This document shows, piece after piece, positions 27,231 to 37,303 of a DNA stretch of 59,104 bases. The DNA comes from Spirochaetales bacterium. GTDB lineage: Bacteria > Spirochaetota > Spirochaetia > SZUA-6. The stretch lies in NCBI GenBank assembly GCA_027021365.1, contig JALUUM010000015.1, positions 1 through 59,104 on the forward strand, read 5' to 3'. The translations under genes and the position numbers were made by a program. How positions within the stretch are numbered: the stretch's first letter is position 1; every line of letters begins with the position of its first letter. Below the pieces are notes generated by a model, which saw only the letters and a list, made by a program, of their open reading frames with translations, was not told where the DNA came from and did no database searches.

Positions 27231-30200
27231 TCAAATCAACCTGTTGGTAAGTGCCGCTTCGTAGAGCCTGTTGTTCCAGTAATTATTTTCCATATATTTC
27301 CTTCTCATCTTGGCATCACCAATCCTGTTTGACCTCTCCTGAAGCATCTTCCATGCTCTGTTTAAGATGGTAAACTTATCACTGACCTCGCTCTGCCCGT
27401 GAGAAGCAAGTGATTCCGAGTAGAGAAAGTAAAGTATGTGCAGGTAAGGATTGAAAGAGGGATGTTTTCTGTTCCTGATCAGTTCTCCGTGCAGGGAAAG
27501 AGAACGGTCTCTATGACCCAACAGAAATCCCGTATATGCACGCAACGATGCAGCATAGTAAATTTTACATCTCTCCGCAAGCTCATAGGTCTTTCCCTCC
27601 ACAGATTCAAAACCATCCCCCCAGTATACTCTCAGACCGGGGATATAGACTTTTCTTTTTTTCTCGAAATCAGAATAGAGGTACTCTTCAAACAGCTCAA
27701 GAGAATCATATGCCTTTTCGTACTGTATTGCAAAGAGGTAAACCTCCGAAAGAAAGATTTTTTTCAAGGGACTCTCTTCCAGCGGTTCCAGTATCATCAT
27801 GGCTGTTACGGGATTCCTCATGTAGGTGAAACACCTGGAAAGCCAAGCATAGAGAACATGTCTTGCGCCTTTCATCCTGTAAATCGAATCAAAGGCAAGC
27901 GAAACCTCAAACATTCTTGCTGCTTCTCCGTATTCTCCGAGTTCAAAATAGATTCTCCCTTTGAGAAAACGCAGGAACAGCCCCCACTCCCGGGAAAAAC
28001 TGTTATCAGCCTCTTTCATCCCCCTCTCCACATATGTGAAAGAAAGAGCCAGATCTCCCTGCAGAAAATTGGTAACAGAATGAAAGGCAAGAGCTTCAAG
28101 TTTTGTAAGATGACAGTATCCTGAGCTTACATTTCCTGCCATTGAAAAATAATCCATTGCATCATCCAATCTGCCTCTGGCAAGCATATTCAGGCCAAGA
28201 GACTCATGTGCCCTTGCTTCATTGCACGGATTACCGGTTTCTTCGGCATAAAAGAGAGCCTCCTTGCCGCACTTCAACGCCTCTTCCGGCCTTCCTGCGG
28301 ATATCTTTAGAAAGGATCGGATAAGGTTGAACTCTGCAATATCCCTCTCTTCAAGATCATTCTTCCTTTCTTCGAGCTGTTCCAAATGGGTTTCTGCACT
28401 CTTGAAATCATTCCTCAGGAATGCAAGTTTCAACTTGAAGAGTTCTCTTATTGCTTTCTCCTTCCTCGTTTCCCATTTTAAAAGTTTTATAAATTTCTCC
28501 TGAAGAAATACCTCACATCCTGTAAAGTCTCTCTCCCTGAGCTTTCTTTCAATGATTTTACGGAATAATTCTCTCACCGTCTCTGTCTTGCGGGTCTTAG
28601 AAAGGTAATAGAACAGAAGGATGTAATTGGAGTATTCACCATTTTCATAGAGTTCTATCATATACCTTGAAAAATCCTCGAGAAGTGGCCGGGTTCTCTC
28701 TGCCAGTCTCTCTTCCAGGTACTTCCTTATACCAGCCACCGACAATCCCGCTGATTCACCTACAGAAAGAAGCAAACCTCTTCGAAGAAGGATAATTATT
28801 TTCTCAAGTTGTTTATTCTCGTAGCCAAGTCGACGAAGATACGATATTTGACTATCGTAATTCAACAGTACCTTTGAGTTCTCGAGAAGATAAAGAACAG
28901 TCACAGAATCTTCATCGAGGTTTTCCACAAGATACCTGAAACACTTTTCCCTTCGGTTTATATCCACATCATTGCTCTTTCCGATATAATCCAGACACAT
29001 TACAGTCTGAGGAATTCTTCCTCCCGTCATCCTTCTGATTCTCTTAAGGCGTTTCTCAGAGAGTTTTTCTTTTACATCCATTTCCTCCGCTACTCTCTCG
29101 ATGAATTTCCAACTTAGGGGATGTATGTATATTTTTTTTATATTGAACTCTTCAAAATCTCCCAGTAGTTCCTTATCCGATGAAACAAGTAGAGGGATAA
29201 AACTGTCATAGCAAAGGAAATCCCTAATGATGGTTCTTATGTGCCTTCGTGTAAGAGGGTGATAAAGTTCTATGTCATCGAAGACAACAAAAGCGGGGAG
29301 ATTATCATCCTGCATCCTTCTTATGAACGCAAGGATGTAGAGATTGAATACTGTCATATAATCTTCAAGAAAGCGATCTGGCACGATATCTACCGTATGC
29401 TCGTAGGGGATTGTTAAAAGTATGCTTTTATCTTCCCAGATTTTCTCCTCAATCGAATTGAGATACCTGGTTATTCCGTCAAGGTAATCCTCTTTTATAC
29501 CCTTCAAAAAAGGATGAAGAGGGGAGGAACCTTTTAGCATTGCAGAAAAATATAGAAATGAATCCTTCCTCCGTTCCCCAAGAATCTTTCCCAATGCCTT
29601 CACAAGGGTGGTTGTTTTACCTACCCCCCTGTAGCCAAAAACATAGACTATCTGATCATTTTCAGGATTGTTCAATCTTGGTGAGATTCCATCCAGTATC
29701 TTCTCTACGTCTTCTTCCCGCACTAAACTTTTCAGTTCAATATCGACTGTTACTCCTTCTTTGTTTTCAGTATTCTCTTCGATAGGAACATTAATGGCTT
29801 TTTCCACATTTAAAACAATGAATCTCTCCCCATCGGTAGTAACAAGACCTTCAAAGAAATCCCCGTGAGAACCCTTCTTTAGGAACTCATTGTAGAAAGC
29901 TTCACAAAGATAGAATCGGTTATCTTCCTCCAGTTTACCAACCCGATTACAGATTCTTTCTCTTTCAGCATCAAGTGTCTCTCCACTCGTCTCGGTAACA
30001 ACTGCCTTGAAACCGAATAGCTCTTCTTCGGAGGCAAGGAGCAGTCCGATTCTGAAAATTGTTTTAAGAAAGGGGATTGCCAGGGAATCCGAGGAAAATA
30101 TCAGACAATCCTCCATTCTCTTCATGTGAACAGGAACATCACTCTCTCCCACAATCTCATCTATCTTCTCAAAGATTTTTGATATCAATTCGCTATCAAT

Positions 30201-30263
30201 GATCTCGATTTGTTTTATATTATTAATCCTGAAAAATGCAATTCTCATGTTACAATTAAACAA
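27231..30263 (-). CDS. STAND-type P-loop NTPase with C-terminal TPR array and N-terminal nucleotide-cyclase-like (degenerate) domain
   Basis: 1010 aa. Walker A is GYRGVGKTT and Walker B is hhhDD (VVFDDIE). The C-terminal ~450 aa are TPR-like. The N-terminal ~190 aa are discussed in the findings. Confidence 0.65.
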   Translation of the reverse strand: MFNCNMRIAFFRINNIKQIEIIDSELISKIFEKIDEIVGESDVPVHMKRMEDCLIFSSDSLAIPFLKTIFRIGLLLASEEELFGFKAVVTETSGETLDAERERICNRVGKLEEDNRFYLCEAFYNEFLKKGSHGDFFEGLVTTDGERFIVLNVEKAINVPIEENTENKEGVTVDIELKSLVREEDVEKILDGISPRLNNPENDQIVYVFGYRGVGKTTTLVKALGKILGERRKDSFLYFSAMLKGSSPLHPFLKGIKEDYLDGITRYLNSIEEKIWEDKSILLTIPYEHTVDIVPDRFLEDYMTVFNLYILAFIRRMQDDNLPAFVVFDDIELYHPLTRRHIRTIIRDFLCYDSFIPLLVSSDKELLGDFEEFNIKKIYIHPLSWKFIERVAEEMDVKEKLSEKRLKRIRRMTGGRIPQTVMCLDYIGKSNDVDINRREKCFRYLVENLDEDSVTVLYLLENSKVLLNYDSQISYLRRLGYENKQLEKIIILLRRGLLLSVGESAGLSVAGIRKYLEERLAERTRPLLEDFSRYMIELYENGEYSNYILLFYYLSKTRKTETVRELFRKIIERKLRERDFTGCEVFLQEKFIKLLKWETRKEKAIRELFKLKLAFLRNDFKSAETHLEQLEERKNDLEERDIAEFNLIRSFLKISAGRPEEALKCGKEALFYAEETGNPCNEARAHESLGLNMLARGRLDDAMDYFSMAGNVSSGYCHLTKLEALAFHSVTNFLQGDLALSFTYVERGMKEADNSFSREWGLFLRFLKGRIYFELGEYGEAARMFEVSLAFDSIYRMKGARHVLYAWLSRCFTYMRNPVTAMMILEPLEESPLKKIFLSEVYLFAIQYEKAYDSLELFEEYLYSDFEKKRKVYIPGLRVYWGDGFESVEGKTYELAERCKIYYAASLRAYTGFLLGHRDRSLSLHGELIRNRKHPSFNPYLHILYFLYSESLASHGQSEVSDKFTILNRAWKMLQERSNRIGDAKMRRKYMENNYWNNRLYEAALTNRLI

Positions 30264-30276
30264 TAAAAATCATTCA

Positions 30277-30305
30277 TTGACAATGCAGCACCTTTTTCAT
30301 AACAT
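30277..30305 (+). promoter_or_regulatory. sigma70-like promoter (TTGACA-17-TAACAT), 6 nt before GTG 30312; leaderless
   Basis: Consensus -35 with correct spacing. There is no SD sequence. Confidence 0.35.
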
Positions 30306-30311
30306 AACAGC

Positions 30312-31868
30312 GTGAACCCCGAAAATCCCTCATCCGAAGAAAGAGGAAAAAACAAGAAAGATAGTCTATTCAAACGGATACTAGATCTCTTTACAGGCGC
30401 CAATGATCCTGAAAGAGAGAAAAAGAAGCTGCTCAAACAGATAGAAAAGAATCTAAAGAAACAGAGGGTTAAATTTTACAATGCAAAAAAGAGAACTGTG
30501 CTGCCTCCTCTGGCTAAGTTATTCTATGAATATTACAGGATACTTGGTCCCGCTCAGCTGCTAGTAAGAACTTCAGAACAATCACAGTCCCTGAAAGCCC
30601 TGATCGTTGAAATGTCACTGACAGATGAGCAGATTTCAATCAGAGAAAATCTCTCGGAAAATGCCCTTAGAAAGAGAATGGAGGAAAATCCCAATACAAA
30701 ACAACTCCTGGAAAATGTAAAAGATGAGTTGAAAACATTCTTCTCCTACTTTGAGACTGAAAAGATACACGAGATAAATGCGCTGTACAACAACCTCGCA
30801 ATCCTTCTCGATTTGATACACTTCGATTTTTATTTTCTGCTGAAAAAATTCGATTCCACTCTACCGGAAAACGATTTCGTGTATAAACCACATTTCGAGG
30901 AAATAGATGCAGAATACGTTTCAGACGATCTCAAGGATTTCCTGGAGATTCTTCCCGCAATCGATCCCACAGCAGACTGGCCGAAAATAATAGGCATGCT
31001 GAACGGTTACAGAAATATTGAAATCATTTCCGATGTCAACTGGAAAAAACTCCTGCAGACAACAAAACAATTACAGAAGAGTCATGTTCTGGAAATGCTC
31101 GTAAGGCTTATCGATCAGGATCCCTTTTACAAACCAAAACCAAGGTTCCACAAGGAAAAAGTAGTGGAATCATACCTCAACAAGTTGAAGGGCCAGATAG
31201 AAATGACCGTACAGAGGATAATACATGAAAAGAGACGCTCAAGAATAAATGAACTTTCTCAGATGCTATTTGGTTCCACTGCAGTGATAAGGTTAAAGAA
31301 TTACTCCGAAAAGGCAAACCTCACATTCTCAAAGAGATTGCTTGGAGGTTATTCATACATAGCTCCCCTGAATTTCCTTAAAGCTTTCCTTCTGGATTTT
31401 ATAAAAAAGGATGTTCGTGAACTGGTTGATCTTTTGCTAATCAGGGGTAAATGGACTACAAACAAAATATCTCAACAGCTCTCAGAATCCTACCATCAGC
31501 TCTTGAAACTGTCGGATGAAATCACAGAGTTTGACAACTCTTTGGATGAGGAAGAGGCCCTTGGTAAAAAAATCAAGGCACTTCTCGTAAAGACAAGCAG
31601 GGACAAGCAGGCAATTACCCAGTTACGACTTCTCCTAAAGGAGGTCAACGATACTGCAAAGGGCTTCCTGTTCAGAGCATCGGAAAATCTTATAGAGCTG
31701 GCCAGAATGTTAAAAATTGCGCTTGAAGATTACAAGAAAGAGCATCCTGAACTACTTTTGAATTGGAAAGAGATAAAATCACACACTGACAAAGACATAA
31801 AAAACTTTATTGCAAAGGTCTACAATAGCATCTATTACTTTCTGCAACTGATAAGGCTCTATAAATAA
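30312..31868 (+). CDS. hypothetical all-alpha, Lys-rich 518-aa protein (GTG start), divergent from the STAND gene
   Basis: Long ORF with no recognised motif, transcribed divergently from the STAND gene. Confidence 0.4.
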   Translation: MNPENPSSEERGKNKKDSLFKRILDLFTGANDPEREKKKLLKQIEKNLKKQRVKFYNAKKRTVLPPLAKLFYEYYRILGPAQLLVRTSEQSQSLKALIVEMSLTDEQISIRENLSENALRKRMEENPNTKQLLENVKDELKTFFSYFETEKIHEINALYNNLAILLDLIHFDFYFLLKKFDSTLPENDFVYKPHFEEIDAEYVSDDLKDFLEILPAIDPTADWPKIIGMLNGYRNIEIISDVNWKKLLQTTKQLQKSHVLEMLVRLIDQDPFYKPKPRFHKEKVVESYLNKLKGQIEMTVQRIIHEKRRSRINELSQMLFGSTAVIRLKNYSEKANLTFSKRLLGGYSYIAPLNFLKAFLLDFIKKDVRELVDLLLIRGKWTTNKISQQLSESYHQLLKLSDEITEFDNSLDEEEALGKKIKALLVKTSRDKQAITQLRLLLKEVNDTAKGFLFRASENLIELARMLKIALEDYKKEHPELLLNWKEIKSHTDKDIKNFIAKVYNSIYYFLQLIRLYK

Positions 31869-31902
31869 TTAAATAATTTGATAGATGATAGGGAGTGATT
31901 GT

Positions 31903-32976
31903 ATGCCTGAAGCCAAGGTTTATTTTGTAGAACTACCAAATGACAGCGATGAAAGGGAAAGGTTAGCCGCTTTACAAAAGCTTTTGAATGAGAGCGGCTT
32001 GTTAAGAATCTTTGATAAAAGTGACAGAGTGGGAATAAAGCTCCATGTGGGAGAGAGGAACAATGATACACATGTGTCTCCCTCTCTTGTAAAAGAGGTG
32101 GTAGGCAAACTAAAGGAACGAGGTTGTGTTCCCTTTTTAACAGAAACATCCACACTATACAGGGGAAACCGTTCAAATGCCATAGACCATTTGATAGAAG
32201 CCTTCAGTCACGGTTTTACCTATGAAAATATTGGGGCACCCTTCATAATGGCGGATGGACTTACCGGTAACACGGAGATAGAGGTACCTATTCCAGGTAT
32301 ACTCTACAAGTCTGTAAACATTGCACGAGAAATCACCCTTGCAGAGGGGCTTGTGGCAATAAATCATCCAACGGGTCACGTGGAAGCGGGTCTTGGTGCC
32401 TGCCTTAAAAATCTCGGAATGGGCCTTTCAAGCAGAATCGGAAAGATGAGGCAACACTCATCCATAAAACCGTACATCGACGAGGATAAATGTACCTTCT
32501 GCAAGCGCTGTATGAAATGGTGCCCCGTAGATACGATAATCGAGAGAAACGGGAAGGCTTTCATAATTGAAGAGAGGTGCATAGGTTGCGGGGAGTGCCT
32601 GGCGGTATGTACGTTTGATGCTGTAAAATACAACTGGGGTGTCCAATCGGAGGAACTTCAAAAGAGAATTGCCGAACACGCCCTTGGTGTAATAACGGAT
32701 AAGCGTGAAAAATCCCTCTTCCTGAACTTCATGACAGACATGACAAAGGATTGCGATTGTCTTGGAAGCAGGCAGAAACGGATAATACCGGATGCAGGTA
32801 TCCTTGCATCCAGAGACCCCGTAGCGATAGACCAGGCAACACTCGACATAACGAGGGAAAAATTCGGCAAGGACCTGGGAAGAAAGAGCTGGCCCAGCCT
32901 TTCGCCTGAGAAACAGCTTGAACACGGTGAAAGGATAGGCCTTGGCACAAGAAAATACAGACTTGTAAAATTATAA
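31903..32976 (+). CDS. DUF362 domain protein with 2x[4Fe-4S] ferredoxin-type insert
   Basis: DUF362-like N-terminus (MPEAKVYFVEL) and two CxxCxxCxxxCP motifs (CTFCKRCMKWCP, CIGCGECLAVC). The start was refined to the ATG after GGGAGTG. Confidence 0.7.
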   Translation: MPEAKVYFVELPNDSDERERLAALQKLLNESGLLRIFDKSDRVGIKLHVGERNNDTHVSPSLVKEVVGKLKERGCVPFLTETSTLYRGNRSNAIDHLIEAFSHGFTYENIGAPFIMADGLTGNTEIEVPIPGILYKSVNIAREITLAEGLVAINHPTGHVEAGLGACLKNLGMGLSSRIGKMRQHSSIKPYIDEDKCTFCKRCMKWCPVDTIIERNGKAFIIEERCIGCGECLAVCTFDAVKYNWGVQSEELQKRIAEHALGVITDKREKSLFLNFMTDMTKDCDCLGSRQKRIIPDAGILASRDPVAIDQATLDITREKFGKDLGRKSWPSLSPEKQLEHGERIGLGTRKYRLVKL

Positions 32977-33004
32977 CGGTAAATCATTGGAAAGGGGATC
33001 ACCG

Positions 33005-33703
33005 ATGAAAGAAATCCTAAAAGGTATCTACATGATGGAGAAACTATCAGGGTGCAATGTCTATCTTCTGAAAGGTGATGCGGGATTGATTCTTGTTGAT
33101 ACGGGGCTTAGGGAAGACGGGCAAAAGATAGTTAAGCAGATAGAGGAAGCTGGCTTTTCACCAACTGAAGTAAAAACAATCGTGCTTACTCACTCGCACA
33201 TGGACCATGCCGGAAGCCTTGCAGGGCTTGCCTCCGTAACGGGGGCAGAGGTTTCAGCTCACATAGATGAAAAACCCTACATAGAGCAGAAAGCTGGTCT
33301 TCCATACAAGAGATTCACAAAGAGGCTCATGATGTGGCTTGGAAACCGTATCCTCTACGGGCACAAACCAGCAAAGGTAACGAAGGCTCTGAAGGAGGGA
33401 GACGAGATTCCGGAGGCTCCCGGCTTTAAGGTTATTCATACGCCGGGCCATACCCCCGGAAGCATATGCCTTTACAATGAAAAGGAAAGAATTCTAATCT
33501 GCGGTGATACACTTTTCAACAAGAACCCCTTTACCGGAAAACCCGGACTGATGCTCTCACTGCCGGCAGCAACCGTGGATATGGAACGGGTTAAAGAGTC
33601 TGTTAAAAGGTTGCAGCAACTGGAGCTAGGTGCAATTCTCTTTGGCCATGGGAGGCCGATTCTGGAGGAAGCATCCTCAAAACTTAAGGCCCTCGAGTTT
33701 TAG
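33005..33703 (+). CDS. MBL-fold metallo-hydrolase
   Basis: HxHxDH motif (THSHMDHAG) with downstream His/Asp ligands. The start was refined to MKEIL. Confidence 0.85.
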   Translation: MKEILKGIYMMEKLSGCNVYLLKGDAGLILVDTGLREDGQKIVKQIEEAGFSPTEVKTIVLTHSHMDHAGSLAGLASVTGAEVSAHIDEKPYIEQKAGLPYKRFTKRLMMWLGNRILYGHKPAKVTKALKEGDEIPEAPGFKVIHTPGHTPGSICLYNEKERILICGDTLFNKNPFTGKPGLMLSLPAATVDMERVKESVKRLQQLELGAILFGHGRPILEEASSKLKALEF

Positions 33704-34138
33704 GAGAAATTCCTTCCTATCTACCCCGCCGCCGTAGTTACCAATACTTCCGTCTCCCTTTATCACCCTGTGGCACGGGACAACGATACCCAGCCTGTTT
33801 TTCCCAACTGCCGTTCCAATAGCCCTGTATGCACCTGGATGGCCTATTCTCCTGGCAATGCTTCCGTAGCTCTCAGTCTTGCCATAGGGAATATCAAGGA
33901 GAGCCTTCCATACCTTCTTCTGAAAGTCAGTACCAGAAAATGAGAACTTAATGTCAAATTCCTTCCTCCTTCCATCGAAGTACTCTGAAAGCTGCTTCTT
34001 TATTCCTTCAAATAGTCCAGGCCTTTTCTCAGCCTTTTCATCCCTCCTGTGAAAGGAAATTTCAACAACCTCACCCTTCTCGTTCATCAAGAGATACATA
34101 CTACCAATGGGGGATTTATAAACATCACTGTATAGCAT
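33677..34138 (-). CDS. ogt: methylated-DNA-[protein]-cysteine S-methyltransferase
   Basis: Active-site PCHRV, in VVPCHRVIKGDGSIGNYGGG. Confidence 0.9.
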   Translation of the reverse strand: MLYSDVYKSPIGSMYLLMNEKGEVVEISFHRRDEKAEKRPGLFEGIKKQLSEYFDGRRKEFDIKFSFSGTDFQKKVWKALLDIPYGKTESYGSIARRIGHPGAYRAIGTAVGKNRLGIVVPCHRVIKGDGSIGNYGGGVDRKEFLLKLEGLKF

Positions 34139-34146
34139 GGCAGCCT

Positions 34147-34170
34147 CCCGTTAATATTCCCGTTAATATT
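34147..34170. repeat. perfect 2x12-bp tandem duplication (cccgttaatatt) spanning the stop of the beta-barrel gene and the ogt RBS
   Basis: Direct reading of the sequence. Confidence 0.8.
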
Positions 34171-35290
34171 TAAACCTGAAACCGGTAAGAAGGGCAAGAT
34201 CACCGAACCTCTCCCAGCCCCATATATCGTTGGAATCACCCACCTGGGCACTCGCCTGGAACATGAGGTTTAAACCCTGGTAAATATTCCAGTCGATGCC
34301 GGTAAAAATAAGTGCCGACCTGTCTATCGGTGAAACGAGACTTCGAAGATAGTAATTCACCGAGTCACTCCTTGCAAGTGACAGCTCCCCGTAGAGAAAG
34401 AGGGCATAGCCGGGGTCTTTTCCCGGGAGGGCGGTATCCTGTTCCTCCCACAGAGAATCCGGAAGAAGCCTCGATTCCAACCTGAAGGAGAGCCTGCTTC
34501 TCCCTCCGGCCCTCCACATCCCGAAGGCTCCAACGGAAAAGAGGGGTTGTCCTGCCGTAAAATCACCGTTGCCTAAATCAATGGGCAGCCTTGCCGATGC
34601 ATTCCAGTCGAGAAAGAAATGACCCTGGATGCTTGCATAGGGGGTAACCCCATCACTTTCATAGAGAGCTCCCCCTTCCAGTTTGACACCTAAAAGCTTT
34701 GTTACAAGCCTCCCTGCTATTCGTCCGAAATCGAGGGGCATAATGGCAATTGCCAGTGAACTGGCAGCAAGGCTCCCCGAAGCTGTCTCGATCGTCTCTT
34801 TCGGAAAGGGAAGGCCTGTCAATTCCAGGAATGAAAAGGCACCCAAGGGAATATACACATCTGCCAGCCATGCGGTTTCACGCCTTAGGCCTTCCGATAG
34901 ACCCCCGGAAGAGTTTCCCGAAATGTCAGATTGCAGTTCAACACCTTCGAAAATAACGTCTCCCGCATTGAAGAAAAAGCCCTCACCCCAGGAAACCCTC
35001 GTCTTTCCCAGTGTCACCCTGAAAAGGGGAAACCTTACCTTTACAAATGCCCTGGATACATCGAGGCTCACCCTGTCAGATATATCGGCATCTATCTGAA
35101 GGTTAGCCCTTACATTGCGGTTACCCTTCGACTTAAAGGAGACGGAGCCGTAGAGGTAGCTGACAACTCCTACATCACTGTCGGTATCAATAACCCCGGA
35201 TAGGGCAGTAAGAGAGGCCGTCGTAGTTACCTCTCCGAATAGCCGACCAAAGATAAATATCATTAAAACAAGCGGCAATATTCTTTTCAC
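34163..35290 (-). CDS. putative outer-membrane beta-barrel protein (signal peptide, C-terminal aromatic), last gene of the Lol-like operon
   Basis: Signal peptide MKRILPLVLMIFIFGRLFG. Amphipathic beta pattern throughout. C-terminus is ...LLTGFRFKY. Confidence 0.45.
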   Translation of the reverse strand: MKRILPLVLMIFIFGRLFGEVTTTASLTALSGVIDTDSDVGVVSYLYGSVSFKSKGNRNVRANLQIDADISDRVSLDVSRAFVKVRFPLFRVTLGKTRVSWGEGFFFNAGDVIFEGVELQSDISGNSSGGLSEGLRRETAWLADVYIPLGAFSFLELTGLPFPKETIETASGSLAASSLAIAIMPLDFGRIAGRLVTKLLGVKLEGGALYESDGVTPYASIQGHFFLDWNASARLPIDLGNGDFTAGQPLFSVGAFGMWRAGGRSRLSFRLESRLLPDSLWEEQDTALPGKDPGYALFLYGELSLARSDSVNYYLRSLVSPIDRSALIFTGIDWNIYQGLNLMFQASAQVGDSNDIWGWERFGDLALLTGFRFKY

Positions 35291-36060
35291 CAGGACAACT
35301 CCTCCAGCGAGAAAAGTTTTTCATCTACGGGAACATCAATCTCTATCTTTGAAATTATAAACTCAGTCTGGGAGTTCTTCTTTAGAAGGTCCCGCATCAC
35401 AAAGTGTACAGGCACTGCCCTTCCCTTGATCATTCTTACCTCGCCTATATCGAGTTCCTTTATCTTCCTTCCGGAGAGCGCATAGTAGTAGGCCCTCCTT
35501 AGGGCATAATTCTTCTTGTCCACCCATAACTCCTCCATCGGGTAGACCACATCGGGTCTCTTTGCCTTCAGTCTCAGCTTGTAGCAGGATTTACCCTCTA
35601 TCGTATCCTCACCCTCCAGTATTGCATCGTAGGAATCGAGCAGGTCCTTCTGTCCCGTCATGTCCTCGTATGAGAAATCGGAACCTAATACTGAATCCCT
35701 CATTGCACTTCCCTCGATACGAATAACCTCTTCGGCATCGGGAAAGTAGAGGTAAATCTCGTTACCTACCCTTAGTATCTTCTGCCCCTCCTCCTCCGGG
35801 TTTGTAAACACTATCAGTGTTTTTTCAGTTCCCAGGGAATAAACCTTAAATGTCTTTTCCCTCGTACCAAAGCGGTCCCTTATTATCCATGAGCCCTCGG
35901 AACGCATACTGCCGTAGATTTCATTTCGCTGCATTCGCCTTAGAATCTCTCTGCCGGAAAGAGCCTCCGAAAAGAGGGGAAGTATCCCACCTGAAAGAAA
36001 GGCTAAAAGCGTGGCAAGTATCAATATTTTTTTCAATTTACACCTCCTGAAATTATTCAT
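35287..36060 (-). CDS. LolA-like outer-membrane lipoprotein-sorting protein family
   Basis: 257 aa with a signal peptide and a LolA_like-type fold pattern. The gene overlaps its neighbour by 4 nt and lies next to the MacB/LolCDE-type permeases. Confidence 0.5.
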   Translation of the reverse strand: MNNFRRCKLKKILILATLLAFLSGGILPLFSEALSGREILRRMQRNEIYGSMRSEGSWIIRDRFGTREKTFKVYSLGTEKTLIVFTNPEEEGQKILRVGNEIYLYFPDAEEVIRIEGSAMRDSVLGSDFSYEDMTGQKDLLDSYDAILEGEDTIEGKSCYKLRLKAKRPDVVYPMEELWVDKKNYALRRAYYYALSGRKIKELDIGEVRMIKGRAVPVHFVMRDLLKKNSQTEFIISKIEIDVPVDEKLFSLEELSW

Positions 36061-36076
36061 TCCAAACTCACCATTT

Positions 36077-37303
36077 TTATACTGAGCGCAGCGCCTCTGC
36101 CGGCTCCACCCTGGAAGACCGCCACGAGGGTATCAACGAGGCAAAAGACGAAACGGCTACCGCATAAAAGAAAACCATTATCACGGTTCCCGGCTTTAGT
36201 TCCGGATATATGACCTCGGATATCTCCCAGCTTATTCCTTGAAGCATCGAGGAAAAATCGAATCCTGTCTTTACAAAGGGTAGCACCAGGGCAACCCCGA
36301 CCAGCGCTCCCGCAGCCGATGCAATTAAACTTATAAAGAAGGCCTCGAGAAAGAAGAGTAATACTATTTCGGAACCTGTCATGCCCATTGCCCCGATCGT
36401 GCCTATCTCCCTTCGCCGCTCAAACACCACCATCATCGTTGTATTCATAATTACGGTGGATGCAAGAATAAAGAATATAAGACCAATAAACTGATACGCT
36501 ACATCGGCATACCTCTTTAAAAAATACCAGGTGCCAATATTTTTCCAGCTTTTAACCTCGAGCCCGGGAGTTTCTTTAAGGGCAGTCTTTAGCTCATCAA
36601 CCGTCTCATCGAGCTTCCCCTCATCCTTTACAAGAAGCTGCATCTCCGTTACCGAGTCTCCCATTTTCAGGAAACGCTGAACCGTAGTAAGGGGAATAAA
36701 TATGAAATTCTTGTTAAAGGAGGCTACATTAAATCGTACTATACCGGATACTTTAAAAGTCATACCGGTCATACCCATGTACATGGATTTCGAAAGAAGC
36801 GTAATCTTGTCTCCGACTCCCACCTTCATCTCACCCGCAAGCCCCTCTGCAATTAGAATCTCCCTGCTTCCCTCTTTCGGGATCCTTCCCTCTTTAAGGC
36901 TCTTTGAGAAATGCTGAAACTTCTCGGCCCTCGCAAAATCCACGCCAATGCCAATACCCCTGTAGTTGTTACCGCCCCTGTAGATAGCCGTATAGAAGCT
37001 TATTTTGGGAGAAATTGCAGCCACGTTTTCATTTTGACTGCAGATATCCATTACCTGTCGGTAATTCTTAATCCTCAAGTGCAGGGGATTTAGCCTCTCA
37101 TTCTGCGAGTACCGGGCGTTTCTTATTCTAATAGAGCCTGTTACAAAGCTCTTTACATTCCTCATAAAGTCATCCATCATACCCTCTTCCAATGCAAAAA
37201 GCATCACCATGGACATTACCGCTATTGCAATTGCACTTCCGGAGAGGATGCTCCTCCGCTTGTTACGTCTTATATTCCTGAAGGCTACGGTGCTCAGTTT
37301 CAT
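36077..37303 (-). CDS. ABC transporter permease, FtsX/MacB/LolC-E type (4 TM + periplasmic domain)
   Basis: N-terminal TM, then a large periplasmic domain, then three C-terminal TMs of the FtsX-like core. Confidence 0.85.
   Translation of the reverse strand: MKLSTVAFRNIRRNKRRSILSGSAIAIAVMSMVMLFALEEGMMDDFMRNVKSFVTGSIRIRNARYSQNERLNPLHLRIKNYRQVMDICSQNENVAAISPKISFYTAIYRGGNNYRGIGIGVDFARAEKFQHFSKSLKEGRIPKEGSREILIAEGLAGEMKVGVGDKITLLSKSMYMGMTGMTFKVSGIVRFNVASFNKNFIFIPLTTVQRFLKMGDSVTEMQLLVKDEGKLDETVDELKTALKETPGLEVKSWKNIGTWYFLKRYADVAYQFIGLIFFILASTVIMNTTMMVVFERRREIGTIGAMGMTGSEIVLLFFLEAFFISLIASAAGALVGVALVLPFVKTGFDFSSMLQGISWEISEVIYPELKPGTVIMVFFYAVAVSSFASLIPSWRSSRVEPAEALRSV

Noticed and set aside
34683-35203. 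Several 68-138-aa plus-strand ORFs
   Set aside because: They are antisense to the beta-barrel gene of the Lol-like operon.
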